Shown here in pieces: positions 1 through 10,088 of a stretch of 44,323 bases of DNA. Location: NCBI GenBank assembly GCA_000388065.2, contig KB932201.1; one strand, written 5' to 3'. Position 1 is the stretch's first letter, and each line of letters opens with the position of its first letter. The stretch is from Fonticula alba ATCC 38817. Lineage: Eukaryota > Protista > Nucleariida. The notes under the pieces are model-generated. The model did no database searches. It had not been told where the DNA came from and saw nothing but the letters and a program-made list of their open reading frames with translations. The position numbers were made by a program, and so were the translations under genes.

Positions 1-495
1 CGGACTGACATTCGCCCTTCGGGTGCCCCTGGGTGCAGCTTCTGGGACGTGACCATTCCCTCGGCCGAGGTCCGGCCGACGAATGTCAGCAAGCTGAACA
101 CCGCCGCGCAGATGGCCCTCATTGGCTCGCTGCTGGCCTGGCCGGTGTTCGACTCGCCGGCCGGGCTTGCGGCCGAATTCGGCCAACTCTCGGCGTCGAT
201 CAACGACATGGCCGATGTTCTCGGCGACGCGGCGGGTGCTGGCAGCACCTTTGCCGGCACCGGGACGGCGCCGCTGGACGGCCCGCTGTCCGAGGCCGCC
301 CCCATCGTCGCCAGCGCCGAGCCGCTGCCGGCCGACTCCGCCGAGGCCACCGCCTCCCCGGCCTACAAGACCCATTCGGAGATGCCGCCCGCCATGCGGG
401 CCCTGCAGTACTTCACGGCGGCCACCACGGTGGCCAGCGGCCTGGACTATGCCGTGGGTGGTCGCGGAGCTGTCACCTTCCGGAGGGTCCGGTGA
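1..495 (+). CDS. CRD1: Cardiolipin synthase (CDP-alcohol phosphatidyltransferase family), 3' part only
   Basis: Frame 1 is open from base 1 to TGA at 493-495. FWDVTIPSAEVRPTNVSKLNTAAQMALIG and the terminal YFTAATTVASGLDY resemble the C-terminal half of fungal Crd1/CRLS1. The 5' end lies outside the window. Confidence 0.8.
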   Translation, partial: RTDIRPSGAPGCSFWDVTIPSAEVRPTNVSKLNTAAQMALIGSLLAWPVFDSPAGLAAEFGQLSASINDMADVLGDAAGAGSTFAGTGTAPLDGPLSEAAPIVASAEPLPADSAEATASPAYKTHSEMPPAMRALQYFTAATTVASGLDYAVGGRGAVTFRRVR

Positions 496-548
496 GCGGC
501 TGGCACTTTGCCCATCGTGCGAAAGCTGCTGCCGCTCCTCCTCCACCG

Positions 549-579
<31 letters not shown>
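549..579. repeat. Poly-C homopolymer (~31 nt) downstream of CRD1
   Basis: Read directly from the sequence. Confidence 0.95.
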
Positions 580-582
<3 letters not shown>

Positions 583-941
583 TCTCCCCCTGCCCGGAGT
601 GTCACACACCGAACACACGCGCCCCATTTGGTGCCTGACCGCGCCATCGAATACACCTATAGAGCCCCCGAAAGCAAGGGACATGGTCCGGCATCGTGGG
701 CTGCGGCCGAGCATGACCAACACACGAGCATGCATGTGGCGCATGCGTGCTGGCACAGCAAATGGGGGGGGGGAGAGAGCCACATGCAAAAAGACGCGGG
801 AGATGGAGTGTACGTGTGTATTTGAGGGGAGAAGCGAGGAAAGGGAAGGCAGGAGGCGGAGCTCCCGGGCGCATGCATGGGGACCTACCGAAGGGCGAGG
901 AAGGAGAGGAAGGCGGAGGGGGCCTGGTGCCGCGAGGGTCC

Positions 942-2080
942 CTAGTGGGACTGGGGCACCGGGGCAGGCATGACATCCGGCCCCGGGTGCGAAGCGCCGG
1001 TCCCGGTCGGCAGTGGCGGCGGGGCAACCGACGTGGGCATGGGCGGAGCCGGCGCTTGCACCGACGGAGTGCTCATCATCATGCTCATCGGTGCCGACCC
1101 GGCCCCGGTGGTGTGCAGCCCGACCGGAGCCAGAGAACCGGCCGAGGAGACCGGCGGGCCGGCGGACACATTGGAAGAGAACGCCCCGGCGGAGGAGCCA
1201 CCATGCGAGGAGGCCGCACTGGAGGCCGCGACGCCCCCGGTGAACATGCTGGCTCCCGGGGCATGGGGAATGGAATGCATTTGCAGGGCGGCCGGGTTGC
1301 TGAGAGCCGACAGGGCACCGAGGGCCGAACCGGCCGACAGCAGGCGCCCCGAGAAGGAGGCCGAGGACCCGGACACCGGCGGGGCCACATGCCCGGTGGA
1401 GGTGACAGCAGCGGCGTCGGTGCGCGGCCCGGCGTTGGCCGACGAGCCGGGCCGGTACCGGCGCTTGCCGAAGTCGAAGGGCAGATACCGGTGCTTGAGC
1501 ATGTGGCTGATCTGTCGGCGCATGGTCATCACAAAGAGCATCACAAAGTACACCACCAAAATGCGCCAGTACACCGGGATGTTGAAGATCTGCGAGGTGG
1601 TCAGCAGCAGCGACAGAACCAGGGCCTGGGTGGTGGACAGCCAGAAGGAATACTCCGGCAGCCGGCGGATGAAGGGCCGGAATTCGCCCGGGGTTTGGGA
1701 GTCGGGGCCAGGGGGCCCGGAGCTGGAGCCGAGGATCGGCCCGGCCGTCGGCAGCCCCGGGTCATCGGCCCCGTCAGCTCCATCAAGCTCCGGGTCGATG
1801 GCCGGCGTGAGGAAGGACAGGAACATGTTCAGCATGTAGATGCCCAGCGCATAGGCAATGATGTAGAACCCCTGTGACAGGACCACTCGCAGGGCGAACA
1901 GGACAAACAGGGTCCCGGTGATCGACCACCGGATTGCCAGATACGGCGCAAGCCGGTCGAGGTAGTACCGGTACATCTGCCGGGCAGGAGGGGAGGGGCA
2001 CGAGTGGAAGGGCGGCCGGGCGGTGAGTGCGGGGGCCGAGCGAAGCACAGCTCCGGTGCCGTGGGGCGGCGGCAAAGGGG

Positions 2081-2166
<86 letters not shown>

Positions 2167-2275
2167 GCGGACGCACGAAAGTGGCATTGGCATAGTGCTT
2201 CGAGAAGGTGGCCAACAACCCGGAATTGGAGGCCGCGCCGGAGGCAGCCGGCGCGCTCTGGCCAATGGTGGACAT
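942..2275 (-). CDS. RER1: Rer1 Golgi-to-ER retrieval receptor; join(942..1976,2177..2275), ~377 aa
   Basis: Motifs YYLDRLAPY..RW, QGFYIIAYALGIYMLNMFLSFLTP, EFRPFIRRLPEYSFW, FNIPVYWRILVVYF and RRQISHMLKHRYLPFDFGKRRY are typical of Rer1. Phase-0 GTGCGT..CAG intron at 1977-2176; ATG at 2275. Confidence 0.93.
2084..2165. repeat. Poly-G homopolymer (~82 nt; poly-C on the RER1 transcript) within the RER1 intron
   Basis: Read directly from the sequence. Confidence 0.9.
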
Positions 2276-3311
2276 CGGAGGCGGGAAGGGCGGAGAGGCA
2301 GGGGGGAGTACTCGAGGGAACAGAGAAGGCGGGGGGGGGGCTGGGAGGAAAGAGGGAAGGGAGAAATTTTTGAGTGAGGAGCGCTTGTTCTGGGGCGCGG
2401 CCACACGGCGTCGCCCGGCGGGGGAGGTGAAAAAGGCGGCTGCTTTCACACGCAACCGAAAACAGAAGGCCCTCAGAGAAGAGCCTCCCGAGCCCCGGCC
2501 CCCCCCCCACACACACACACCCATGCACCCCCTGGGGCGGGGGCGGCGGCAACGGGGGGGGGGGGACTGGCAGCTGGTTGTCGGCTCAGCGAGCTTTCCA
2601 CGCCCGGCGTTGCCTGCCGCCATATGGCGGGGTTCGGTGGGGGGGGGGCGGCGGCCGGGCGGCGGGGAAGCTCACACCCCGCTGCCGGCCACACAAGACC
2701 CGATGGCTCGGCCGAAGACCGCGCCGTTCGGAGAACGCGCCCGGCGAATGACGGCGGCCTAGCGGTGTGTCACATCCCCCGGGGGGGCGGTGGCGGCCGG
2801 GTAGCGGGGCCCCGCTAGACCAAAGTCACTGACAGAGGTGGCGGGGGCCGACGGGACCCGCGAAAAAAAGAAGCCCGATATATTGGGCGGACTATTTATT
2901 CCCCCCCCCCCCCCCCCCTCCCCGAGGCCGGGCGGAAAACCCCCGCTGGGAGCCTGCTCCGGTCCGGTCGTGCTTGTTCAATGCCGACCAAGTGCCAACG
3001 AATGTGCGCATCCTTGACCGGATCGCGTCCCCAGAGTCAATGGAGCGACGTCGGCAGAGGAGCCCCGTCCGGTCGATAGCCCCCCGGCCTGCGTTTTTTT
3101 TTTTTTCCTTGTCTCTCTCGCTCGTTCGTTCAGCCAGTCCGAATGTTCTATTGTACATTTCGGCGGCAAGACCCATTTTGCGGGCCCGCCACCCAGGGAG
3201 TAGATCGATGGAAAAGGCACAGCGGGTGAAGCACGATCCGGCATTTCACAACCACTCTCCCCTCTCCAGGGGGGCGCACCCACCCACATCCCTCTCGCCT
3301 CTCCGGTTGTC

Positions 3312-6303
3312 CTATGCGCCGGCCTTCTGGAGGGCAGCATTCAACTCGACGATGGCCCCACGCGCGGCGACCAGGGCAAACTGCAGTGCCTCGCGCGTCG
3401 GCCGATCAGCATGGCAAAGGGCGCAACTGCAGGCGCTCGGGCGCCCAAGCAGGTCGACTCCGGGCTGGTCCTGCTTGCGATGCCGGTCGCGTTCCTGTCC
3501 CGGTGCCGGTGCCGGTGCCGGTGCCGGGCCCGGCGGGTGGCCCTCTGCCTGCATGGCGGGCGCATCCGGGCCGGAGGCCGTGCGCCACAGCAGCCGGCCG
3601 ACTTGCCCCTGGCGCCGGGGGGTCGCCAGCGCGGTGGCCCGATCGGACCCGGCGAACTGTCTCCGGCGCCGGGCCCGGTGCGCCTGGTCCACATGCCAAT
3701 AGCCCAAGTCCACGAGGATGCAAAAGTGCATCACCCGCCGAGCTCGGGACAGGAGCACCTGCCCGGGATCCTCCTCGACACAGGCACCATAGGTCGGGGT
3801 GCTGGCAGCCATGAGGGCCGCCGCTCGGCGGCGTTCCATCCCGGCCGCCGGTTGCAGGGCCTGGCACTCGCGCAAAATGTCCCCCGAGAGGCTGAGCCAC
3901 CAGCCTGGGGCCCAGCCGATCGCCGGGCCGTCCGGTCGGCGCCCGACCGCCAGAGCGCACGCCTCGGTCGCCGGGCACCCGGCGGAATCCTCCTCAAGTG
4001 CGTGCAGCCGGGCGGCCGGCAGGAGCTCGTCATCGGCCGGATGCTCGGGCGGCTGCTCCGGGGCGGATGGCTCGCCGGCCATGTCCTGCCCCGTGCTCGG
4101 GCCGCCGGGCGGGGTCGACCATTGCCACCACTGCCGCCTCCAGCAGGAGGGCATGCGCGTGGAGGCCCGGTGTGCCGGCAGGGGGTCGGTGGCCTTGCCC
4201 GGGGTGGTGGGGCTGCTTGGGGCCGATTGCGCGCGGTCGGGCGGCGCTGACGCCGGTCCCGGTGCCGGGGTGCTCGATTGGTGGCCGCGGATTTCCGCAC
4301 GGACACGGACCACCTGGCCACGCGATCGGGCCACCGGGGCCGGCCACGTCCCGGCGTCGCTCGCTTCGGCGCACTGCCCGGCCGGGGGGTCCCCCTGGTG
4401 GGCCAGGCCGGCTGCCATGTGGGTCGCCGGTGGCCCGGCGGTGGCGGCCAGCGCCCGGTCCTCGGGGCCCGAGCTTGCGCCCGGTGATGAAGGCTCACTT
4501 GCCGCATCGAGCGGCGACTCGGCCGGTTGCCGGTCCTTGCGCTCGTCTTCCAGGGGGATCAGCAGCGCCGAGCCGGTGGACGCCATGAGGAAGGGCGTGT
4601 TGGTGGCATTCATGCGCCGGGCACTTTGGCGACTGTGCGGCGCGAGGGTTTCCGCCAGGCTGGCGCTCAGCAAATCGCTGATGACCTGAAGCTGTTGCGC
4701 GAAGCGCCGGCCGGCCAGCGGGGCCGGCCGGACCAGGGTCAAGCTGGCCATCAGCCCGGCGGCCAGGAGCCCCAGCCAGATGGCCACCAGGCGCTGGCCG
4801 CTGGCCTGCAGGGCAGCCGCAAACCATCCGCCCCCCATGCCGCCCGGCGGCAAGACAGCCCCTCGCTGGCCGATGGGCGTGTTCAAAGCCAGCAGGGCCG
4901 CGCGCGAGGCATCGGCCACCGCGCCCGGGGCCACGGCCGCCAGTTGCAGCCCGAAGATCGGGAAGCCCAGCAGGCGCAGCGTGTGCGCCACGACCAGCAA
5001 AATGAAGAGCCCCATGGCCACGGTGCTCAGCCAGGCCAGGCGCCCGACCACCTGCAGCCAAATGCCGGCTGGCGAGAGGACGGCCCCGGTGGCGACGGCG
5101 GCCAATGCCTCGGCGGCCGTGCCGCCGGCCCCTGCTACCGCCGGCCCCGCCGCGGCCACGCCCATCTGCGAGCCGACCGTCAGGCGCTCCACCAGCAGGA
5201 CCATCACCCGGGCCAGGGGCACGATCAGGCAGCTGGCCAGTGCGGCACACACCCCGGCCCCGGTCCCGCGCCACAGGAGCACCGGAGCCATCTGGCCGAG
5301 CGTCGGCCGGACAACCAGCAACATCTATGCGGTCGGCGTGCAGGCGGCCGCAGGTGTTTGCACACGCGGACACACGCGGACGCACACGGACGCACACATG
5401 TACGCGCATGTGCCGATAACCGTGCATGCATGCATTAGTGCACACAAGCGCATGATCGTGCATAGGCACACACGCATGTATGTAGACGCGCCCACACATC
5501 CGCGCACGCATGTGTACCGTAGGCAGTGGGCCCCCGGCATCGGGTGTCAGTGCTTCTTCCCTGGCAGCTCACAAGCCCACAGTTGGCTTGTCTCCTCCGG
5601 CCCCCCCCCCCCCCCCTTCGGCCGGTCTCACAAGCGTGCCGCTCTTCGTCGCACGCACCGTCGTCAGGGTGGTGGCCGACGACCATCCAGATGCCAGATC
5701 CCGCTGCCACTGATGTGGCCACCAGGTTGGGTCGACCATGGCCACCGAGGCCACCAGCGTGAGAGCAATGCTGGATCGCGCCACGGCCGGGTCGGCCACT
5801 GTGCAGTGGCATCCGGCGCGAGGAGGAAGCATGGGCCTCTTCTTCGGTCAGTGGGGCTGCCTGCATCTCTCATCTCGGCGCCCCCCCCCCGCCCCCCTGG
5901 CCATGTCGGTTGGCGTGTCTGACGTACCGGCCAGGAAGTTCCGCCACAAACGTCGAGGGAACCCGCCCACCAGCGAGCGCCGCTGTGTCTGCATGCGGGG
6001 GAGCTCCTGCTCGGCCGGGGCCCGCGCGGCTTGCAGGGCCTCGAGTGGCGGCCACACCGCGGCCGCCTGACAAGGGAGCGGCTCCCTGTCAAGGGTCCCG
6101 GTGCAATGTTCATTCGGCTCCCGGGTCTCGGCCAAGCCCCGGCGCACGGCCACCAAACCGGCGAGGACCTCCAGGTGGGCCAGGTGCTGCGTGGGTGGTC
6201 GTCAGTGGCCGTGGTCTTTCTCCTGCCCCTGCCCGCTGCTGGCTTGTGCCATGTATGCCGACACCAAGGCGTCTGCCTGTCTGGCTGGCTGGCTGCCTGT
6301 GTG

Positions 6304-6336
<33 letters not shown>

Positions 6337-8808
6337 CGATGCCCCGTGTCACGGCTCGGTGTCTCTTCTCGTACCAGGAGCGACTGTCCGGCGGAGAGGG
6401 CGTCGTCAGCCTTGTTGGCGGTCAGACGAGCCACCAGGGCGTCGAGCACGGCCCGGTCGACCGGCCTCCATGCCCCGGGCTCGCGATATGCCTCCAGCAG
6501 GAGGAATGCCGCGACCTCCCTGGCGCCTACCGGGCCACAGCAAGAGGGGCGTTGGTGTTAGATGCCCGGCCGCACTTGGCTGATAGCCCTCTTGCCGGCC
6601 TCCCGCCGGGCGGTTCCCGGCGTCCGACCCTTTCCGCCGGGCGCCCTCGAGCGGCGGCGGAGCAAACGCACCAAGCACATCCATCTGGCAGGCCGCCTGC
6701 GGCCCGATGGGGGAGCCGCTCGTTGCCCGTGCGGGCGTCACGTCCAGCGACACGGTGGCCGCTGCCAGGCCGGCCAGGCGAGCCAGCTCGCCAATCAGGC
6801 GGCCATACTCCCGCGGCCGAAGGCCAAAGTGCGGCCCAAACAGCAGGGCCAAATACCGGTCCGGGGTGAATGTGCCCCGCATGCGCGCGCGCGCACTGGC
6901 CAAAGCCCGATGCGGCTGGAGGGTGCTCGCCGGGCGGCCTGCTGCGGGGGGCTCGCCGGCGGCCGGGGCATCGGTGCGGCCGGGGCCCGGGCCGGCCCCC
7001 GGGTCCGGCGAGCTGGCTGCCAGGAGGCGCCCGGCCGCGCGGGCTCCCCGGCGCAGCCGCTCCACCGAGTAGCCCACCGGGTTCAGGCTGAAGGTGCTAT
7101 ACCCCTCGGCCAGCGTGATCGGGCTCTCCCACAGGGCGTCGACCAGGTGGTCTTGTGCCGTGCGCAGGAGCTTTCGCGCGGCCTCCGGCGACAGGAGGGC
7201 CCGGCGGCCGAAAGCCAGCCACAGGAGCAACACCCCGTGGCCGCGAAAGACCGACCGCCGGAGGAGCCCGGCCGCGCGTGGGCTCCCCAGGCCCACGGCC
7301 ACCAGGGCGATGGCCAGGGCCGAGGCGGTGTACACCCCGGTGACGCTGGCGCCAAGCAGCCACACCGGGGCCGGGGGCCATCGGCCAGCCGGCAGGCGCT
7401 CACTCGGGGCCGGCCATCGGGCAGTCAGGGCGTCGCAAAATTCGCCCCCCTCGGTGGCGGCCATGGCGCCGGCGATGGCGGCCCAAAAGTCGGGGCCCTC
7501 GCTGGCGGCGGCGGCCGCCGCCACCCTGGTGCTGGCGGCGGCCAGGGCCGCCTGGCGGAAGTCCCTGGTCGGGCACCACACATGGAAGGCCGGCCGTGCG
7601 GCGATGGCCAGCAGCACCGAGTGGCCGACGGCCCGCGCGGCGGACCCGCTCCCGACGCTGGTCCACTGGTGCCGCCATGGGGGCAGGAGGGCCACCGTCA
7701 GCAGGCCGATCAGGGTGATGGCCGCGCGAAGGGGCACGAAATTCAGGGCACTGGCAGCGCCGGGGCCCGGGGGGGGGGGGGGGGGGCACACGGGCATGCG
7801 CGCATGTGCGGGAGGCATGTCGGTCAGTCGCGCCGCCAGTGGAGGCCATTCATCGGGCCCGGAGCGAGCCCCAAAGCCGGGCACGCACTGTGTCGCCAGA
7901 CCGAATGTCGCCCCGACGACCACGGAAATGGACGCGCGCACGGCAAAGCGCAGGGTCTTCCCCACGAAGGAGCTCGCCTGGCAGAGAGTGGCCAAGTGGG
8001 CGGCCGACGCAGCCAGCAGGACCTCGTGAGTGGCATACCGCGACACCGGGGCCGCGACGCACGCCCGGCCGGTCCACCGGTCGGCCAGGCAGGTCCACCG
8101 GTCCGGGGCCGGGGGGCCGTCGCGCGGCAAGCGCACCCGCGGGGCCAGACCCCCGGGCGGCCCGTGGCCCGGGTGCGGGTCATGGAGCTGTGCCAGCGGC
8201 ACCACCATGATCGGCAGCGCCAGCAGCAGCCCGGCCACCGCCTCGCGGAAGGCGCAGCCGATGATGGTGGCCGACATTCGGGCCAGCAGCGCGCGCAGCC
8301 ACAGCCCGAGGGTGGCCCAGCGGCCCGCGGCCCCGGGCAAGTGCCCCACCGAGGCGCTGCGATAGCCGGCCGGGTGGAAGCTCTCGTCATCCAGGTCCAC
8401 GGTGGCCGGAGGCGAGTGCAAGGTCTGCCAAGCGGAGTGTCAGAAGTGCGCGTGCGCGCGGCGAGCTCCGCGCCGGGGAGGCCGGCACATGGGGCGAGCG
8501 GGCGAGAGGCCGGTGCATGGCCGGGCCGGGGGACCGGGGCGGAGGACAGGCCCGAGGAAAAGAGCGGGACACCGAGCAGGACAACGTACCTGGGGAAGGG
8601 CATCTTCCTCGAGCAGGGCTTGCGACGAAAGGGGGCCACTCGCGGGCCGCACGTCAAAGAGGCATGTCTGCTCGCCCGGCAGCGCAGCCAGGGGGATGCT
8701 CTCCGGGTGGGTGGAGGCCTTGCGCCCGGCCGGGGCGTGTTCTTCCATGGGCAGTGTCAGGATGCCCGGTTCTTGGCCGGGGGCGGCCGCGTTTGCGCCG
8801 ATCGGCAC
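3312..8808 (-). CDS. Multi-exon polytopic membrane protein, FUSC/ArAE (ALMT-superfamily)-like; 5' end unresolved
   Basis: Approximate exons: 3312..5324, 5659..~5841, ~5971(or 5928)..6186, 6375..6526, 6576..8424, 8590..~8808, with GT-AG boundaries. There are two hydrophobic clusters. The spliced WSSATTLTT|MLLVVRPTLGQMAPVLLWRGTGAGVCAALA resembles the FUSC_2 pattern W..T..V..PT.G....R..GT..G. The junction near 5840-5970 is ambiguous. Confidence 0.55.
6298..6336. repeat. (TG)n microsatellite in an intron
   Basis: Read directly; lies in the 6187-6374 intron. Confidence 0.9.
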
Positions 8809-10088
8809 TGCTTCCGGGCAAGGGGAGTGCACGGGGACAAGCAGATGGCAGGGCCCAGTGCCCGGGTCAATGTGGGGGCGCACGAGGGGAAGGCGGCAAT
8901 AAAAAAAAGGCGGTCCAGCGGTCAAGGTCCACGGCAAAAGGCAGGCAAAGGTATGTCGAGAGGCTTCATCATGGCAAGACTGCCCACGAGACTCTGTGCC
9001 CGGCCCCCGGGCGCCGGCTCATCAACCGTCTCGACCGTGCTCGCCGCATGGCGGCCGGATGCTCGACGCCCCCCATGCCCGGCGGGGAGTGTGCCGATCC
9101 CCTCCTGGCCGGGCGTGCCGCCCGGTGGGTTCTCCCGCCCTCAGCCCCACAATGGCCCCGGCTGGAGGGCCATCCGCGAGGCGCGATCGCCCCCTCACCC
9201 ACAACCACATGGGGTTGGGTCTGGAGCGCCCGGCATGGTACCCCAGTCAACTGGGATGAGATCAGAACCGGCAGCAGTTGATGAAGTTCGAATTGATAGC
9301 CAACGGCGTTAGACTTAGTGACTTCGGAGAGCACATAATGCCATTCGATGTAGGACATCACGCCGGGGAGGATCACACCGCGGGCATCCCTCCGTACAGC
9401 CGCCGCACCTCGGGCGCCGTTCGCACGTCCCCCCCCCCCCCCCGCCCGCCGGCGGACGCACGCCAGCGGGCGCACGCTGGTGGCTTACACATGTGCCCTG
9501 CGCCGCGCCGTGTCGGAGGGGGTCGCATCTGCCACAGGCGGACATGGCTTCGTGGCCCCCGGCAGGACACGCCCGCTTGTTCCCGGCCCCACCTGGGCCC
9601 TGGGCACCGGCCGTCTCTCCGGGCCTGGTGCCTGTGTGCTTGTGTGCGTGTGTGTGTGTGAATCTGCGCGGCGCTCCCTGTCTCCTGCGCGCCGGGCATT
9701 GCGCAGTGTGCCGGTTTTTTGTGGATCGCCGATCCCGGTCGGGCCATGGACGCCAGGAGCCATCTCCCCCCCTCCCCCCCCCCCCCTATCCCGTCCCGTT
9801 CTTCGCTACATCCTCTCCAGCACCCACCCTACCCTTCCCCTTCCCTCCTCCCCCATCCCCCCGGTGTCTCCCTCGCTTGGGCTCCCCTCCCTGTCGCCTT
9901 CCCCTCTGGATCGCGCCCGGCTGGCTCGTACACCCGCCGCTTGACCCCCTCCCCCCCCGGCCAGTCCCCGGACGGGGTGAGACCACAGCGTAGCACGTAT
10001 CCCCCCTCCCCCCCTCCCCCTTCTCTCCCTCTTTCGGTCTGCCTCTCCCCTTTTCTCCCCCTCCCATTTCACCCCTCCCCTTGCGACC

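Noticed and set aside
33-2623. Poly-Pro/poly-Gly ORFs such as 33..638, 1783..2406, 1829..2623 and the N-terminus of 942..2552
   Set aside because: These are translations of intronic or intergenic C/G homopolymers, not coding sequence.
2276-3311. Small gene in the RER1-FUSC spacer (e.g. 2974..3702 +)
   Set aside because: No motif or coding bias; includes A/T tracts typical of promoter or 3' UTR.
8900-9120. U3 snoRNA-like words on the - strand (GGTTGATGAG, ATGATGA) and an oligo-T run
   Set aside because: No convincing box A, B or D in correct spacing; the same bases read as plausible coding or intron sequence.
6562-9312. 916-aa + strand ORF
   Set aside because: Antisense shadow of the FUSC-like gene; Arg/Gly/Pro-rich with no motifs, as expected from high GC3 on the opposite strand.
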